A stretch of DNA of 44,343 nt from Lentisphaeria bacterium (GCA_032251435.1 JAVVEH010000036.1:1-44343); one strand, 5' to 3'; positions 18,188 through 28,296 are shown, counted from the stretch's first letter. Program-made: numbers and translations. Notes: generated by a model not told the origin, from the sequence alone.

Positions 18188-18553
18188 ATGCCCGAAATGC
18201 AAATATACAAGACACTGAAGTTTGACGCGGCCCACCGGCTGACAGGGGTTCCCCCGGAGCATAAATGCTCAGCGATGCACGGCCACGGATTCGAAATTGA
18301 AATCCATATCCGCGGAGAAGTCGATCCACAGACAGGATTTGTCATGGATTTTGGTGACATCGCTGAAATCTGCGACCCGCTGTTACGCCAACTGGATCAC
18401 GCCATACTCAATGACATCGCCGGCTTGGAAAATCCGACCAGCGAGAACATGAGTGTCTGGTTATGGAACAAGTTGAAACCGCGGCTCCCCCTGCTCTGCC
18501 AGCTCGTGATCAAAGAGACACCCACTTCCGGCTGCGTTTACCGCGGGGACTAA
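18188..18553 (+). CDS. queD: 6-carboxy-5,6,7,8-tetrahydropterin synthase
   Basis: 121 aa. CSAMHGHGFEIE zinc/catalytic motif of the PTPS/QueD family. Confidence 0.9.
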   Translation: MPEMQIYKTLKFDAAHRLTGVPPEHKCSAMHGHGFEIEIHIRGEVDPQTGFVMDFGDIAEICDPLLRQLDHAILNDIAGLENPTSENMSVWLWNKLKPRLPLLCQLVIKETPTSGCVYRGD

Positions 18554-18565
18554 CCCGTCACGGTT

Positions 18566-18979
18566 CTACTGATCGGCGGAGTCAACACGGACCTTGGATC
18601 GAATACCTCCCCGGGCGGTGAAGTCACCGGTGACGATCAGGCGTCGCGGACGGAGTAAATCTGAGAGATCTGTGAAAATCCGGTTCGTCACATCTTCGTA
18701 GAAAGACCCCTCGTTACGAAACGAGAAAAGGAAAAGTTTCAAGGATTTACTTTCCACGCAGCGCTCATCGGGGATGTAGTCAATCGTGATCCGCGCGAAA
18801 TCGGGCTGTCCGGTGATCGGACAGAGAGAGGTGAATTCATCCGTCTCGAACTGGATCCAATAGTCGCGGCTCGGATTGGCGTTTTTGAAGGTTTCCAAGA
18901 TGCTGGCGTCCGGCACCCGCGGATAGTTCATTTCGGCTTTTTTTAACAGCTTTAAACCCTCTGTGTCACTCATTATCAC
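18566..18979 (-). CDS. queF: NADPH-dependent 7-cyano-7-deazaguanine reductase
   Basis: 137 aa, type I QueF. QueF motif region SLCPITGQPDFA and the E(S/L)K(S)LKL(F/Y)L signature (ESKSLKLFL). Its start overlaps the murE stop by 4 nt. Confidence 0.9.
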   Translation of the reverse strand: MIMSDTEGLKLLKKAEMNYPRVPDASILETFKNANPSRDYWIQFETDEFTSLCPITGQPDFARITIDYIPDERCVESKSLKLFLFSFRNEGSFYEDVTNRIFTDLSDLLRPRRLIVTGDFTARGGIRSKVRVDSADQ

Positions 18980-20487
18980 TCCTGTAAATCCGTTGTCATG
19001 GCGCCCTCGTCTCCGCAGTCTTTCAGAAACGCTTCCACCTCCTCCAAATCATCCAGATGGGTTCGCACTCCGTTTATCTCCTGGTAGTCCTCATGCCCTT
19101 TACCGGCGATGAGCACAATTTCTCCCGGCAGCGCCTCCGCCAAGGCCTTCCGGACAGCCGCCCGTCTGTCCACAATTCGTTCATAATCCGCACCGTCATG
19201 AATCCCGCAGCAGATATCATTAATAATCAGTGTCGGCGGTTCTGTCCGCGGGTTATCGCTGGTGACAATCAGCTTATCGGCCCGTTCGGCGGCGACCCGG
19301 CCCATGCGGGGTCGCTTACTTCTATCCCGGTCACCGCCACAGCCAAAGACAACTGTCAGCCGTTTCGGATTGAGTTCCCGAAGTGTTTGCAAGACATTTT
19401 TCAAGGCGTCGTCGGTATGAGCGTAGTCGATCACCGCCCGGGCGTGATTTTTCAGATCGACCGTCCACATCCGTCCGGGGGCGCCGGTGAAAACCCGGGT
19501 GGCTTCCACGATCGCCTCAGGGGCGCAGCCCAGCGTGAGAGCCAGACTGGCGACCGCCGCGATATTTTCCGCGTTAAACCGGCCAGGCACTGGCGAACTC
19601 AGTGACAAGGTGCTCTGTCCGCTTATCAATTTAAACGTCAACCCGTTGATATCCGCGGCGTAATCCGCGATCACGTCATCGGCCGGCTTATTGAATCCAA
19701 ACGTCCGGACGCGGAGATCGGGGCGTTCCCGGCCGAGTAGCCGGGTGAGTTTTTTTCCCCACGGATCATCGCCATTCACCACGGCGATTCCGCCCCGCTC
19801 CAAGCCCTCGACAAACAACCGGACTTTCGCTTGAAAATAGGCTTCTTCAGTCCGATGATAATCCAAATGATCGCCGGTTAGATTGGTGAAAACGGCACCG
19901 GCGAAACGGGTGCCGCCAAACCGGCGTTGCGAGGCCGCGTGGCTGGACACTTCGGCGACCATGTCCTGGCAGCCATTCTTGCGCATGTCACTCATCAAGC
20001 GCTGTAATTCAAAAGGCGGGGGTGTCGTGCGGTCAGCCGGTTCGCTTTTCCCATCGCCAGTGTCATAATAAACCGTGCCAATCAAGCCGCAACGCCGACC
20101 GCTGGCGATGAGAATCCGCTGTAATAAAAACGCGCATGTCGTTTTTCCATTGGTTCCGGTAACACCCAGGCACCGCATCTCCCTCGCCGGGTATCCCGCC
20201 AGGATTTCGGCGACGCGGCCCGCCGCGGTGTACGCGTCATCCACGATCACCATCGGACAATCACGCAATGGCGCTGAGGTGTCCGCCACAATCGCCGCGG
20301 CGCCGCGGGCGAGCGCGTCGGGGATGAACTGAGCGCCATTCGCGACAGTCCCGGAAACGGCGATAAACAGATCGCCTTTTCGGACCTGCCTGGAATCAAC
20401 CGTCGCTCCGCGGATATCAGCATGGACATTACCGCGCACAGCGGTCACACCCGTTCCCAAAGCGGTGACAAGCTCAGCCAGTGTCAT
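18976..20487 (-). CDS. murE: UDP-N-acetylmuramoyl-L-alanyl-D-glutamate--2,6-diaminopimelate ligase
   Basis: 503 aa. Mur ligase P-loop GVTGTNGKTT and the DNPR motif (SDNPRTE) characteristic of MurE. Confidence 0.9.
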   Translation of the reverse strand: MTLAELVTALGTGVTAVRGNVHADIRGATVDSRQVRKGDLFIAVSGTVANGAQFIPDALARGAAAIVADTSAPLRDCPMVIVDDAYTAAGRVAEILAGYPAREMRCLGVTGTNGKTTCAFLLQRILIASGRRCGLIGTVYYDTGDGKSEPADRTTPPPFELQRLMSDMRKNGCQDMVAEVSSHAASQRRFGGTRFAGAVFTNLTGDHLDYHRTEEAYFQAKVRLFVEGLERGGIAVVNGDDPWGKKLTRLLGRERPDLRVRTFGFNKPADDVIADYAADINGLTFKLISGQSTLSLSSPVPGRFNAENIAAVASLALTLGCAPEAIVEATRVFTGAPGRMWTVDLKNHARAVIDYAHTDDALKNVLQTLRELNPKRLTVVFGCGGDRDRSKRPRMGRVAAERADKLIVTSDNPRTEPPTLIINDICCGIHDGADYERIVDRRAAVRKALAEALPGEIVLIAGKGHEDYQEINGVRTHLDDLEEVEAFLKDCGDEGAMTTDLQE

Positions 20488-22283
20488 TCGTCACCCCCCG
20501 CGTCAGCGATGACTCTGTCCAGCACGATGCTGTCTCCCGGCGTGCTCGGAGCCACTTGCAAATAGCGCAGCGTGCGTTCCGCGATGCGGCTGAAGGTCGG
20601 CCCCGCGACAGTGCCTCCATAATGGCTGCGCCCGCCCGGCTCATCCGCTACGACATAGAGAACGAAGGCGGGATCATCCGCCGGAGCGATACCGATGAAT
20701 GAGGCCACATACAAGCCATTATCATAGGTTTGGTTGACAAACTTTTGGGCGGTGCCGGTTTTGCCGGCCACCTCGAAGCCATCAACCGCGGCCCGGGTGG
20801 CGGTTCCACCCTCTTTAGTGACTGTTTTCATCGCCGTGATCATCTGCCGCGCGGCCGCGGCGCTTACTACCCGGTGTTTCGCCTTTGGCGGATAAAATTC
20901 CACCAAGCCGCTAGCAGGATCCTCCATCCGGTCAATCAGCCGCATTTGCATCATCACTCCGTCATTGGCCAGGGCGCAATATCCCTGGACAATTTGCAGT
21001 GGTGTCACGGCGATACCCTGGCCGATGGCGAACCGGCTGAGCGACAGGCCATCCCATCGGCTGAGCGGCCGGAATATGCCAGCCGCCTCTCCCGGAAATC
21101 CCAAATCCGTCGTCTGGCCAAAGCCAAAATTATGCAATGTCGTGTAGAGCCGGGCCGGTCCCATATCCATCGCGATTTTGGCCGTGCCGATATTACTTGA
21201 TTTCTGAACAATTTCCCACACCTGGAGATTTTCATACTGATGCCCACTGTCCCGAAGTCGGCGGCCCGCATGATACCACAAGCCTTTTTCACAATAATAG
21301 GTGCTTCCCAAATTCACGACATTGTAATGCAGAGCGCCCGCCAGGCTGAGTCCTTTCATCACGGAACCGGGTTCAAAGCTGTAAGTCAGTATTTGGTTTT
21401 CCCATTGGCGCCGGGTTATTCCTCCCCGGTGATTCGGATTAAAGGTCGGCAGTTGCGCCATCGCCATCACCGCGCCGGTTTTGGGATTAGCCATCACCGC
21501 GAAGGCGGCCTTCGGCTCTTGCTCCTCATACAAACCGGCCAGCTCCTCCTCCACAATACTTTGAATCGTCTCATCGATCGTCAAATAAACATTCCACCCA
21601 TTGCTGGGATGCCGGACCTGTTCACTGTCGTTTCGCAACCGGCGTCCACGGGGATCCCGCTCAAACATAGCCTCGCCTTCTCCCGGGATCAGTCGTTGAT
21701 TCATCAGTTGTTCGATACCCGCGCCCCCTTGGCCTTGTTCATTGAGAAATCCCAATGTATTGGCGGCTAGACTTCCCTTGGGATAATAGCGCTTTTGGGT
21801 CTCGACGAACCGGACGCGGCGCAGCTTCGGCGCGTTTTTCTCCGCGGCGGCCTCATTATAAGCCTGAATCCAGCGCTTCAGCTTGACCGCGCGATCAAGC
21901 TCCGCGTCCCGCTTCAAAACCACTTCGACTCTCCCCCGTTTGAAGCGTTGACGCAGCAGATCCAGGGGCACATCCAGTTCCTGGCTGAACACCCGCAAAA
22001 CCCGGTCAGCCTCCTCCTTGCCGAGTTTATACACCCACTTGGGTTCGGCGAAAATATCCTGACACGCGAGATTTCCCGCCAGCAAATTCCCGTGAATGTC
22101 GTAAACCCGCCCGCGCGCGCCGAGACTGCTTTTTGATTCGGTGTACTTCTGCCTCGCTTTCGTCAGCAATTCCTCATGCCGGCCGACTTGGAGCGTGAAC
22201 AGATGGTTCGCCAAAAAAACAAACGCGGCCGCCATCGTCAAAGCGACTAAAGCGAGACGGACGATATAACCTTCTTTCCACAT
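20484..22283 (-). CDS. ftsI: peptidoglycan D,D-transpeptidase FtsI (PBP3 class)
   Basis: 599 aa. N-terminal TM anchor, then SxxK (GSVMK), SxN (SSN) and KTG (KTGTA) transpeptidase motifs. Position between ftsL and murE in the dcw cluster. Confidence 0.9.
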   Translation of the reverse strand: MWKEGYIVRLALVALTMAAAFVFLANHLFTLQVGRHEELLTKARQKYTESKSSLGARGRVYDIHGNLLAGNLACQDIFAEPKWVYKLGKEEADRVLRVFSQELDVPLDLLRQRFKRGRVEVVLKRDAELDRAVKLKRWIQAYNEAAAEKNAPKLRRVRFVETQKRYYPKGSLAANTLGFLNEQGQGGAGIEQLMNQRLIPGEGEAMFERDPRGRRLRNDSEQVRHPSNGWNVYLTIDETIQSIVEEELAGLYEEQEPKAAFAVMANPKTGAVMAMAQLPTFNPNHRGGITRRQWENQILTYSFEPGSVMKGLSLAGALHYNVVNLGSTYYCEKGLWYHAGRRLRDSGHQYENLQVWEIVQKSSNIGTAKIAMDMGPARLYTTLHNFGFGQTTDLGFPGEAAGIFRPLSRWDGLSLSRFAIGQGIAVTPLQIVQGYCALANDGVMMQMRLIDRMEDPASGLVEFYPPKAKHRVVSAAAARQMITAMKTVTKEGGTATRAAVDGFEVAGKTGTAQKFVNQTYDNGLYVASFIGIAPADDPAFVLYVVADEPGGRSHYGGTVAGPTFSRIAERTLRYLQVAPSTPGDSIVLDRVIADAGGDE

Positions 22284-22285
22284 TC

Positions 22286-22693
22286 TTAATTCGCCACCGT
22301 CACCAACTGTTTGGATTTACTCGGGTGATAATCCGGCGGGTAATCCGCGATCGACACCCGGCGGACCTGCCCCGTCCGCGGACTCTGCAGGCCTAAATTC
22401 ATTTGCCGCACCAACGCGCGGATTTTCCGGCCTGTGGTTTGCGATTCCTGCATGACCTTCACATTATCGCGGGTTTTTGTCAACACATCGCATTGCTCAG
22501 TCAAGACACCCGTCCGTTCGCGGATCGTCTCGGTCTGGGCCTGCAAGCGCACATAGCAGAGCAACCCGCCCAAGCCCAGTAGCGCCAGAAACATCCAGCG
22601 GCATATCATCATTGACCCGCGGGAGTGTTCCTCATCCGGGCGGGAGCGCTCCTGCTTATAAGCTGGTATATTTTTTTTCGAGCGTGGTATCAT
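22286..22693 (-). CDS. ftsL: cell division protein FtsL-like (small bitopic protein)
   Basis: Short basic cytoplasmic tail, one TM helix (MFLALLGLGGLLCYV), then a coiled-coil-like periplasmic region. Canonical position between rsmH and ftsI. Start chosen to avoid overlap with rsmH; an alternative start is near 22612. Confidence 0.5.
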   Translation of the reverse strand: MIPRSKKNIPAYKQERSRPDEEHSRGSMMICRWMFLALLGLGGLLCYVRLQAQTETIRERTGVLTEQCDVLTKTRDNVKVMQESQTTGRKIRALVRQMNLGLQSPRTGQVRRVSIADYPPDYHPSKSKQLVTVAN

Positions 22694-22712
22694 CACTGCC
22701 TCCACATCGTAG

Positions 22713-23642
22713 TCACAATCGTTCAGCGGCCCGCAAACGGGCGCATCCCGACCGCGAATTGGCCTCAATTTCCGCGTCACCCGCTGTCACCGGTTTACGG
22801 GTCAACACCTTTAGCCGGGCGGTTTTGCCGCATCGGCACACCGGAAAATCCGGTGGACACACACATGTTTTCGCCTCATCCCGAAACGCGTTTTTCACAA
22901 TTCGATCTTCAAGCGAGTGAAAGCTGATCACCACCAGCCGGCCACCGGGTTTCAGAATATCCACCCCCGCGGCCAGCGCGTCCTCGAGTTCGTCCAGCTC
23001 ACCATTCACGGCGATTCGAAGCGCCTGAAAACACCGAGTGGGTGGCGGCAATCGCCGTCCCCGGGCCTTGTCAGCCACCTGTTCCAGCAATTCCGCGAAC
23101 TCGACCGTCCGGGAAAACGGTTTTTGTTCCCGCCGTCGGATCACCGCCCGGGCCACCGCGCCGGCGCGGGGCTCCTCACCCAACGTCCGGAACACCATTT
23201 TCAAATCTGTTTCATTCCAACTATTTAGAATCGTCGCGGCGGTGAGCCGTTGGCGCCGGTCCATCCGCATATCCAGGGGGCCGTCCTGGCGAAAGGAAAA
23301 TCCCCGAATCGCCGAATCGATTTGGTGAGACGAGACACCCACATCCAGCAACAGGCCATCCACCTTTTCCCACCCTAATTCCTCCGCGAAAGCGGCCAAA
23401 TCACTAAAACGCCCGCGGCGGAGGTGAACCCGGCCTTCAAATGGCGCCAGACATTTCTTCGCCGCTGCTAACGCGTCGGTGTCCCGGTCGATTCCCAGGA
23501 GTTCAATCTCGCTGTCCGCCGCCAATATCAGCCGCGCGTGTCCGCCACCGCCCACGGTGCCATCGATATACCGGCCGCCGGGCTGTGGATTCAGCCAGCG
23601 AATGGTTTCCTCAGGCAAAACCGGAATGTGGGCGAAGCTCAT
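22713..23642 (-). CDS. rsmH: 16S rRNA (cytosine1402-N4)-methyltransferase
   Basis: 309 aa. MSFAHIPVL...DGTVGGGGHA SAM-binding motif of MraW/RsmH. Follows mraZ. Confidence 0.95.
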   Translation of the reverse strand: MSFAHIPVLPEETIRWLNPQPGGRYIDGTVGGGGHARLILAADSEIELLGIDRDTDALAAAKKCLAPFEGRVHLRRGRFSDLAAFAEELGWEKVDGLLLDVGVSSHQIDSAIRGFSFRQDGPLDMRMDRRQRLTAATILNSWNETDLKMVFRTLGEEPRAGAVARAVIRRREQKPFSRTVEFAELLEQVADKARGRRLPPPTRCFQALRIAVNGELDELEDALAAGVDILKPGGRLVVISFHSLEDRIVKNAFRDEAKTCVCPPDFPVCRCGKTARLKVLTRKPVTAGDAEIEANSRSGCARLRAAERL

Positions 23643-24130
23643 TTTTTCCCTTTCAGCAACGAGGCGATATCCGATGTCCCTTCTTGAACTGTTTGAATAA
23701 CATCCAACCCGGCCGCCGTGTCCGCCCGGTGTTCCCGCCAGGACTCTGGCCTCCAGATTTGGATGTATGTGACCGCCCCGACCAGCGCCACTTTGCTCTC
23801 AATGCCCGCTTCTTCCATGAGCACTTGACTCAAAGCGAACCGTCCCTGCCGGTCGCAGGCGCAAACATGAGCCCGGGCACCGATATGAGCCATCGGCAAA
23901 AAAGCGTCCGGATTGGCGAAAGACAATTGCCGCAACGACGCGATCATCTCATCCACCCGGGCGGCCGGAACCAAAGCCAGTGAATCATATCGGCCCGGGA
24001 ACAAGACAAATTTATTTTCCCGCTGGTCGGCTTTCCGCCAGTTACTCGGCAAGGCGATCCGGCGCTGTTTGTCCACAACGCATTCAGATTCACCAAAATA
24101 ACTGTTGGAAAAATAGTCCAGCACAGACAA
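23639..24130 (-). CDS. mraZ: transcriptional regulator MraZ
   Basis: 163 aa with the duplicated MraZ/SpoVT-AbrB-like halves (DKQRRIALPSNWR ... DRQGRFALSQVL). First gene of the dcw cluster. Confidence 0.9.
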   Translation of the reverse strand: MSVLDYFSNSYFGESECVVDKQRRIALPSNWRKADQRENKFVLFPGRYDSLALVPAARVDEMIASLRQLSFANPDAFLPMAHIGARAHVCACDRQGRFALSQVLMEEAGIESKVALVGAVTYIQIWRPESWREHRADTAAGLDVIQTVQEGTSDIASLLKGKK

Positions 24131-24376
24131 AATCCCTATTTACACCTTTTTACACCGATTCGCCCCTAAGATACTTGAATTATCCCCTTTGCGCAAACGC
24201 GTTTTCCGTGTTTTTTTAAGAAAACCATTTTTTCATGCGGGCGGGGCCGCCGGGCTTGTTGGCTTGTTCCGCGCGGTTTTCCCCGTCGATTTTTCACAAA
24301 AGCGGATTATACTAACAGTTGTTGGTCCACTCTGAAACAAACAGCCGCGGCCATGCGGTGATCAAGGATAGTCGTC

Positions 24377-25807
24377 ATGCCTCCACTTACCCTCCAAGCC
24401 GCCCGGGAATTACTTTCCCGGCACAATCAGGCCCATGTTTTGGCCTTTTTCGACCAGCTTGATGAAGCTGGAAAACAGCGCCTGCTCAGTCAGCTCAGCG
24501 CCATCAATTGGGACCGGATTGATCGCTGGATTGATGAGTACGTCACCGGCTGTCCGGATCCAGGCATCCCTGAAGGGCTCCAACCCGCCCCCTATTTCCC
24601 CCTGATTCCGGAAACGGACAAAGACCGCCGGGTTTATGACCAGGCCCGGAAACGGGGCGTGGAGCTGCTGACGGCGGGCAAAGTGGCCGCCTTCACGGTG
24701 GCCGGGGGTCAGGGGACGCGTCTGGGGTACGACGCCCCGAAAGGCACTTATCCGATTTCACCGGTCAAGGGCAAAAGCCTGTTTCAACTCTTTTCAGAAA
24801 GCATTTTCCGCGCCGGGGAAAAATACGGCCATTCCATTTTATGGGTCATCATGACCAGCCCCATGAACGACGCGGACACCCGGGCCTTCTTTAAACACAA
24901 CCGTTTTTTCGGACTTGATCCGGCCGACATTATTTTCTGCCCGCAGGGGACCATGCCGGCGTTTGACATGGGTGGCAAACTCATTCTCAGCGCCAGGGAC
25001 AGCCTGGCGTTATCCCCCAACGGGCATGGCGGCAGCCTGTTGACCCTGCGTGATTCGGGAGCGCTTTCCCGCATGGCCGAAGAAGGCATCGAACACATCA
25101 CCTATTTTCAGGTTGACAATCCCCTGGTCCAACCCTTTGATCCCCTTTTTCTCGGATTGCATGACCAACTGGACTCGGACATGAGCTGCCGGTCATTAAC
25201 CAAAACCGGGCCATTTGAAAAATTGGGCAACTTCTGCGTTCATGACACCCACACCGTCGTCATTGAATACAGTGACATGCCCGATGATTTGGCCACGCTG
25301 AGAAATGAGCGAGGTGGTCTGGCCTTCCGCGCGGGCAGTCCGGCCATTCATGTCCTCAAGCGGTCCTTTGTGGAACGGTTGACCGCCGACGGCAGTCTCG
25401 CGCTGCCCTTCCACCGGGCTGAAAAAAAGATTCCCCACCTGTCCCTGGACGGAGAAAGCGTCATCACCCCGGAAACAGCCAATGGCATCAAGCTCGAGAT
25501 GTTCATATTTGACGCCCTTCCTCTGGCTCGGAACGTGTTGATTTTAGAGGCGGACCGGGCGGAATCTTTCGGGCCGGTTAAAAATCCGACCGGGGTCGAT
25601 TCCGTGGAAAGTTGCCGGGACTTGCTTGTCCGCCGGGATGTCCGGTGGTTAGCCGCCGCCGGTATCCAGGCGCCTCTCACCGCGGACGGCGCGCCGGATT
25701 GTTTGGTTGAGCTGTCGCCCGCGTCTTTTCTGGATCCGGAAGACGTGGCCGCGCGGGCGGACGAATTGACCCCTCCGGCGAGGGGGGAAGAAGCGTACTT
25801 CGCATGA
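24377..25807 (+). CDS. UDPGP-family sugar-1-phosphate uridylyltransferase (UAP1/UDP-GlcNAc pyrophosphorylase-like)
   Basis: 476 aa. Nucleotide-binding loop AGGQGTRLGYDAPKG and overall layout of the eukaryotic-type UDP-sugar pyrophosphorylase family. Confidence 0.8.
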   Translation: MPPLTLQAARELLSRHNQAHVLAFFDQLDEAGKQRLLSQLSAINWDRIDRWIDEYVTGCPDPGIPEGLQPAPYFPLIPETDKDRRVYDQARKRGVELLTAGKVAAFTVAGGQGTRLGYDAPKGTYPISPVKGKSLFQLFSESIFRAGEKYGHSILWVIMTSPMNDADTRAFFKHNRFFGLDPADIIFCPQGTMPAFDMGGKLILSARDSLALSPNGHGGSLLTLRDSGALSRMAEEGIEHITYFQVDNPLVQPFDPLFLGLHDQLDSDMSCRSLTKTGPFEKLGNFCVHDTHTVVIEYSDMPDDLATLRNERGGLAFRAGSPAIHVLKRSFVERLTADGSLALPFHRAEKKIPHLSLDGESVITPETANGIKLEMFIFDALPLARNVLILEADRAESFGPVKNPTGVDSVESCRDLLVRRDVRWLAAAGIQAPLTADGAPDCLVELSPASFLDPEDVAARADELTPPARGEEAYFA

Positions 25808-26136
25808 GTTTCAGCATTGCCAGTTTCAGTCCAGAGGACATCATCACCTCGCCCCAAACGGTGATTGACGCGGTGAATCACAGTTGCCGGGAGCGGGGGA
25901 TTCCTAAAAAAATTCAAGCGGTTTGCCACGTCGGCGACAGCGTTCATTTTGTCTTGCGGCATTGTGACCGGCCGACGCGGCGCGATTACACGCTGGTTGA
26001 ACTGACGGACACCACCCAAGCGGATTTCGCGGCGGCGGTCAACAGTCGTTTTCAAGGATCCACGGATATCGTCGGCGCGTTCACAGCCCGGGGCGTTTCC
26101 TTCGCAATTTTCACTTCTATCCGCGCGAACGAATGA
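25804..26136 (+). CDS. small hypothetical protein, translationally coupled on both sides
   Basis: 110-aa ORF whose start overlaps the upstream stop (ATGA) and whose stop overlaps the downstream start (ATGA). No recognisable domain. Confidence 0.45.
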   Translation: MSFSIASFSPEDIITSPQTVIDAVNHSCRERGIPKKIQAVCHVGDSVHFVLRHCDRPTRRDYTLVELTDTTQADFAAAVNSRFQGSTDIVGAFTARGVSFAIFTSIRANE

Positions 26137-27083
26137 GCACACGAAAAAAATGGCGTAAACTACGCGCCCCATTCGCCGCCGCCGCCCTGCGCGTCGTTGT
26201 CTGGGTCGTCGTGCGTCTGCGGTATTCACACTTGGCGAAACTCGCCGCGGGTCTCGGCTGGATCGCCCACCTCTCCCCCGCGGTCCGCCGCCTTATCCGG
26301 GCCAATTTACGGGTCGCTTTTCCCGATTGGGAAGACCGTGAGATTCGGACCGGCAGCCGGATCGTGATCCAAAACAGTCTCCTAACCAGTTTAGAGTTTA
26401 TTTGGTTTTCCGCCCATCCGGGGGAAGCCAAAAAGATGATTTCCCATGCGGATGACAAATCCCGTGACAAACTTCAACAAACACTGAATGACCATATCCC
26501 GACCCTGTTCATCACGCCCCATTTAGGCAATTGGGAACTCGCCGCCAGATTCGCCTGCGAGGAGGGTATCCGAGTGTCCATCGTCGCGCGGAAGCAGAAA
26601 ATTCCAGGGTTGGAAGATCTCATTTCCACGGGCCGCCAGGGAGAAGGCTTGACGATTTACCCCCAGGAGGGCGCCGCCCGGGGCATGATGACAGCGTTGA
26701 AGAAAGGAGAAGCGGTAGGCGTTCTGATGGATCAGAATGTCAAACCCAGACGGGGGGGGGTCTTTGTGGATTTCTTCGGTTTGCCGGTGCCCGCGACCCG
26801 GGCACCGGCGGCCTTAGCCCGCAAAATGAAAGCGGATGCCATCTGCTTCGCCTGCGTCCGCCAAGGCGACGCGTTTCAATTTCATATGAAAACACTGCCT
26901 AAGCCCGCGTACGAATACGGGGACGATCTGGAGTTGACGCAAGCTCTGCTAAAATTAAACGAGGAAATGATCGCTGAGTTTCCGCTTCAATACACGTGGC
27001 TCTATGAACGGTGGCGATATATTCCTGAAGGCGCCGATCAAGCCTTGATTGACAAATACCCCTACTACAAGAAACGTTCCTGA
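26133..27083 (+). CDS. lipid A biosynthesis lauroyl/myristoyl acyltransferase family protein (LpxL/HtrB-like)
   Basis: 316 aa. N-terminal membrane anchor and the acyltransferase block FITPHLGNWELAARF typical of Kdo2-lipid IVA / lysophospholipid acyltransferases. Confidence 0.8.
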   Translation: MSTRKKWRKLRAPFAAAALRVVVWVVVRLRYSHLAKLAAGLGWIAHLSPAVRRLIRANLRVAFPDWEDREIRTGSRIVIQNSLLTSLEFIWFSAHPGEAKKMISHADDKSRDKLQQTLNDHIPTLFITPHLGNWELAARFACEEGIRVSIVARKQKIPGLEDLISTGRQGEGLTIYPQEGAARGMMTALKKGEAVGVLMDQNVKPRRGGVFVDFFGLPVPATRAPAALARKMKADAICFACVRQGDAFQFHMKTLPKPAYEYGDDLELTQALLKLNEEMIAEFPLQYTWLYERWRYIPEGADQALIDKYPYYKKRS

Positions 27084-27117
27084 CTCAACCGGCCCCGGAC
27101 AACGGTGTCTCTCTCTT

Positions 27118-28266
27118 ATGCTCAGTTACATCCTCCGCAGACTTTTATTAATGATTCCGACGCTGTTTGGCATTCTCACCATCACGTTTATGATCATTCA
27201 ATTTGTCCCTGGCGGCCCGCTTGACCAGATTCGGCAAACGCTGGAAGGCGGGGGGCCCGGGGGCGCTGAAGTCGGCGGCGGCGCGGCGCCTCAGGCCGGG
27301 GGAAGTGACGGCGTCCGACGGCGGGGAATCAGCCAGGAGGACCTGGACCGGTTAAAAGCGATTTATCATCTCGACCGTCCATTGCTCGAACGGTACCTGC
27401 GCACCTTCATCTGGTTTTCCCGGTCCGACAAAAGCGTGCCGTTGCGTAAAGCCCTGTTAGACGGGGATAACTGGGATGGCATGCTGCTTTTCAAATTCGG
27501 TGACTCGTTCTACCGGAATCGAAATGTGCTGGGATTGATTGGTGACGCCTTGCCCGTCTCCATCTCATTGGGATTCTGGAGTTTTCTTCTCACCTATCCG
27601 ACGTGTATCCTTCTCGGCATCGCCAAAGGCGTTCGGGAAGGCACCAAATTCGATGCCGTCAGCAGTGTCATCATTCTAGCGGGCAACAGCATTCCCGGTT
27701 TTGTCATGGCCATCCTTCTCATTGTTTTTTTCGGGCCGGGAGAAAAAGCGTTTATCCCTTTTATTCCTCTGGACGGACTCACGTCATCCGGTTCTTTCGG
27801 CTATGAGGACTGGAGTTTTTTCAAAAAAACACTGGATTATTTCCAGCATTTAGCCGCGCCGGTTTTCTGTTTAAGCATTGGCAGTCTGGCTGTTCTGACC
27901 ATTCTCACCAAAAATTCCATTCTTGAAGAAATTCGCAAACAATACACCATCACGGCGAAAGCCAAGGGCTTATCCAACACCCAAGTCCTCTTCCGTCATA
28001 TTCTGCGGAACGCCATGCTGCCTCTGGTCACCAGTTTCCCGAGCCGGTTTGTCGCGATTTTCTTCACCGGCAGTTTATTGATCGAACGGATCTTTAAATT
28101 GGACGGGCTGGGCCGACTCAGCTATGACGCGCTGATCACCCGCGACTACCCCATCGTCATGGGCAGCTTGTTCATTATGACACTGATCGCCTTGCTCACC
28201 CAACTCATCACCGACATTTGTTATGTGGTCGTCGATCCGCGGATTTCCTTCAGCGGCTCCCAATAG
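27118..28266 (+). CDS. ABC transporter permease, OppB/DppB/YejB family (orphan)
   Basis: Start taken at MLSYILRRLLLMIPTLFGILTITFMI, the canonical OppB-type N-terminus. Long periplasmic Gly-rich insert as in YejB, and the EAA-like loop region. No cognate OppC, ATPase or substrate-binding gene follows. Confidence 0.8.
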   Translation: MLSYILRRLLLMIPTLFGILTITFMIIQFVPGGPLDQIRQTLEGGGPGGAEVGGGAAPQAGGSDGVRRRGISQEDLDRLKAIYHLDRPLLERYLRTFIWFSRSDKSVPLRKALLDGDNWDGMLLFKFGDSFYRNRNVLGLIGDALPVSISLGFWSFLLTYPTCILLGIAKGVREGTKFDAVSSVIILAGNSIPGFVMAILLIVFFGPGEKAFIPFIPLDGLTSSGSFGYEDWSFFKKTLDYFQHLAAPVFCLSIGSLAVLTILTKNSILEEIRKQYTITAKAKGLSNTQVLFRHILRNAMLPLVTSFPSRFVAIFFTGSLLIERIFKLDGLGRLSYDALITRDYPIVMGSLFIMTLIALLTQLITDICYVVVDPRISFSGSQ

Positions 28267-28296
28267 GCTGACAGCCATTTTTTCTGTTTCTGAGTC

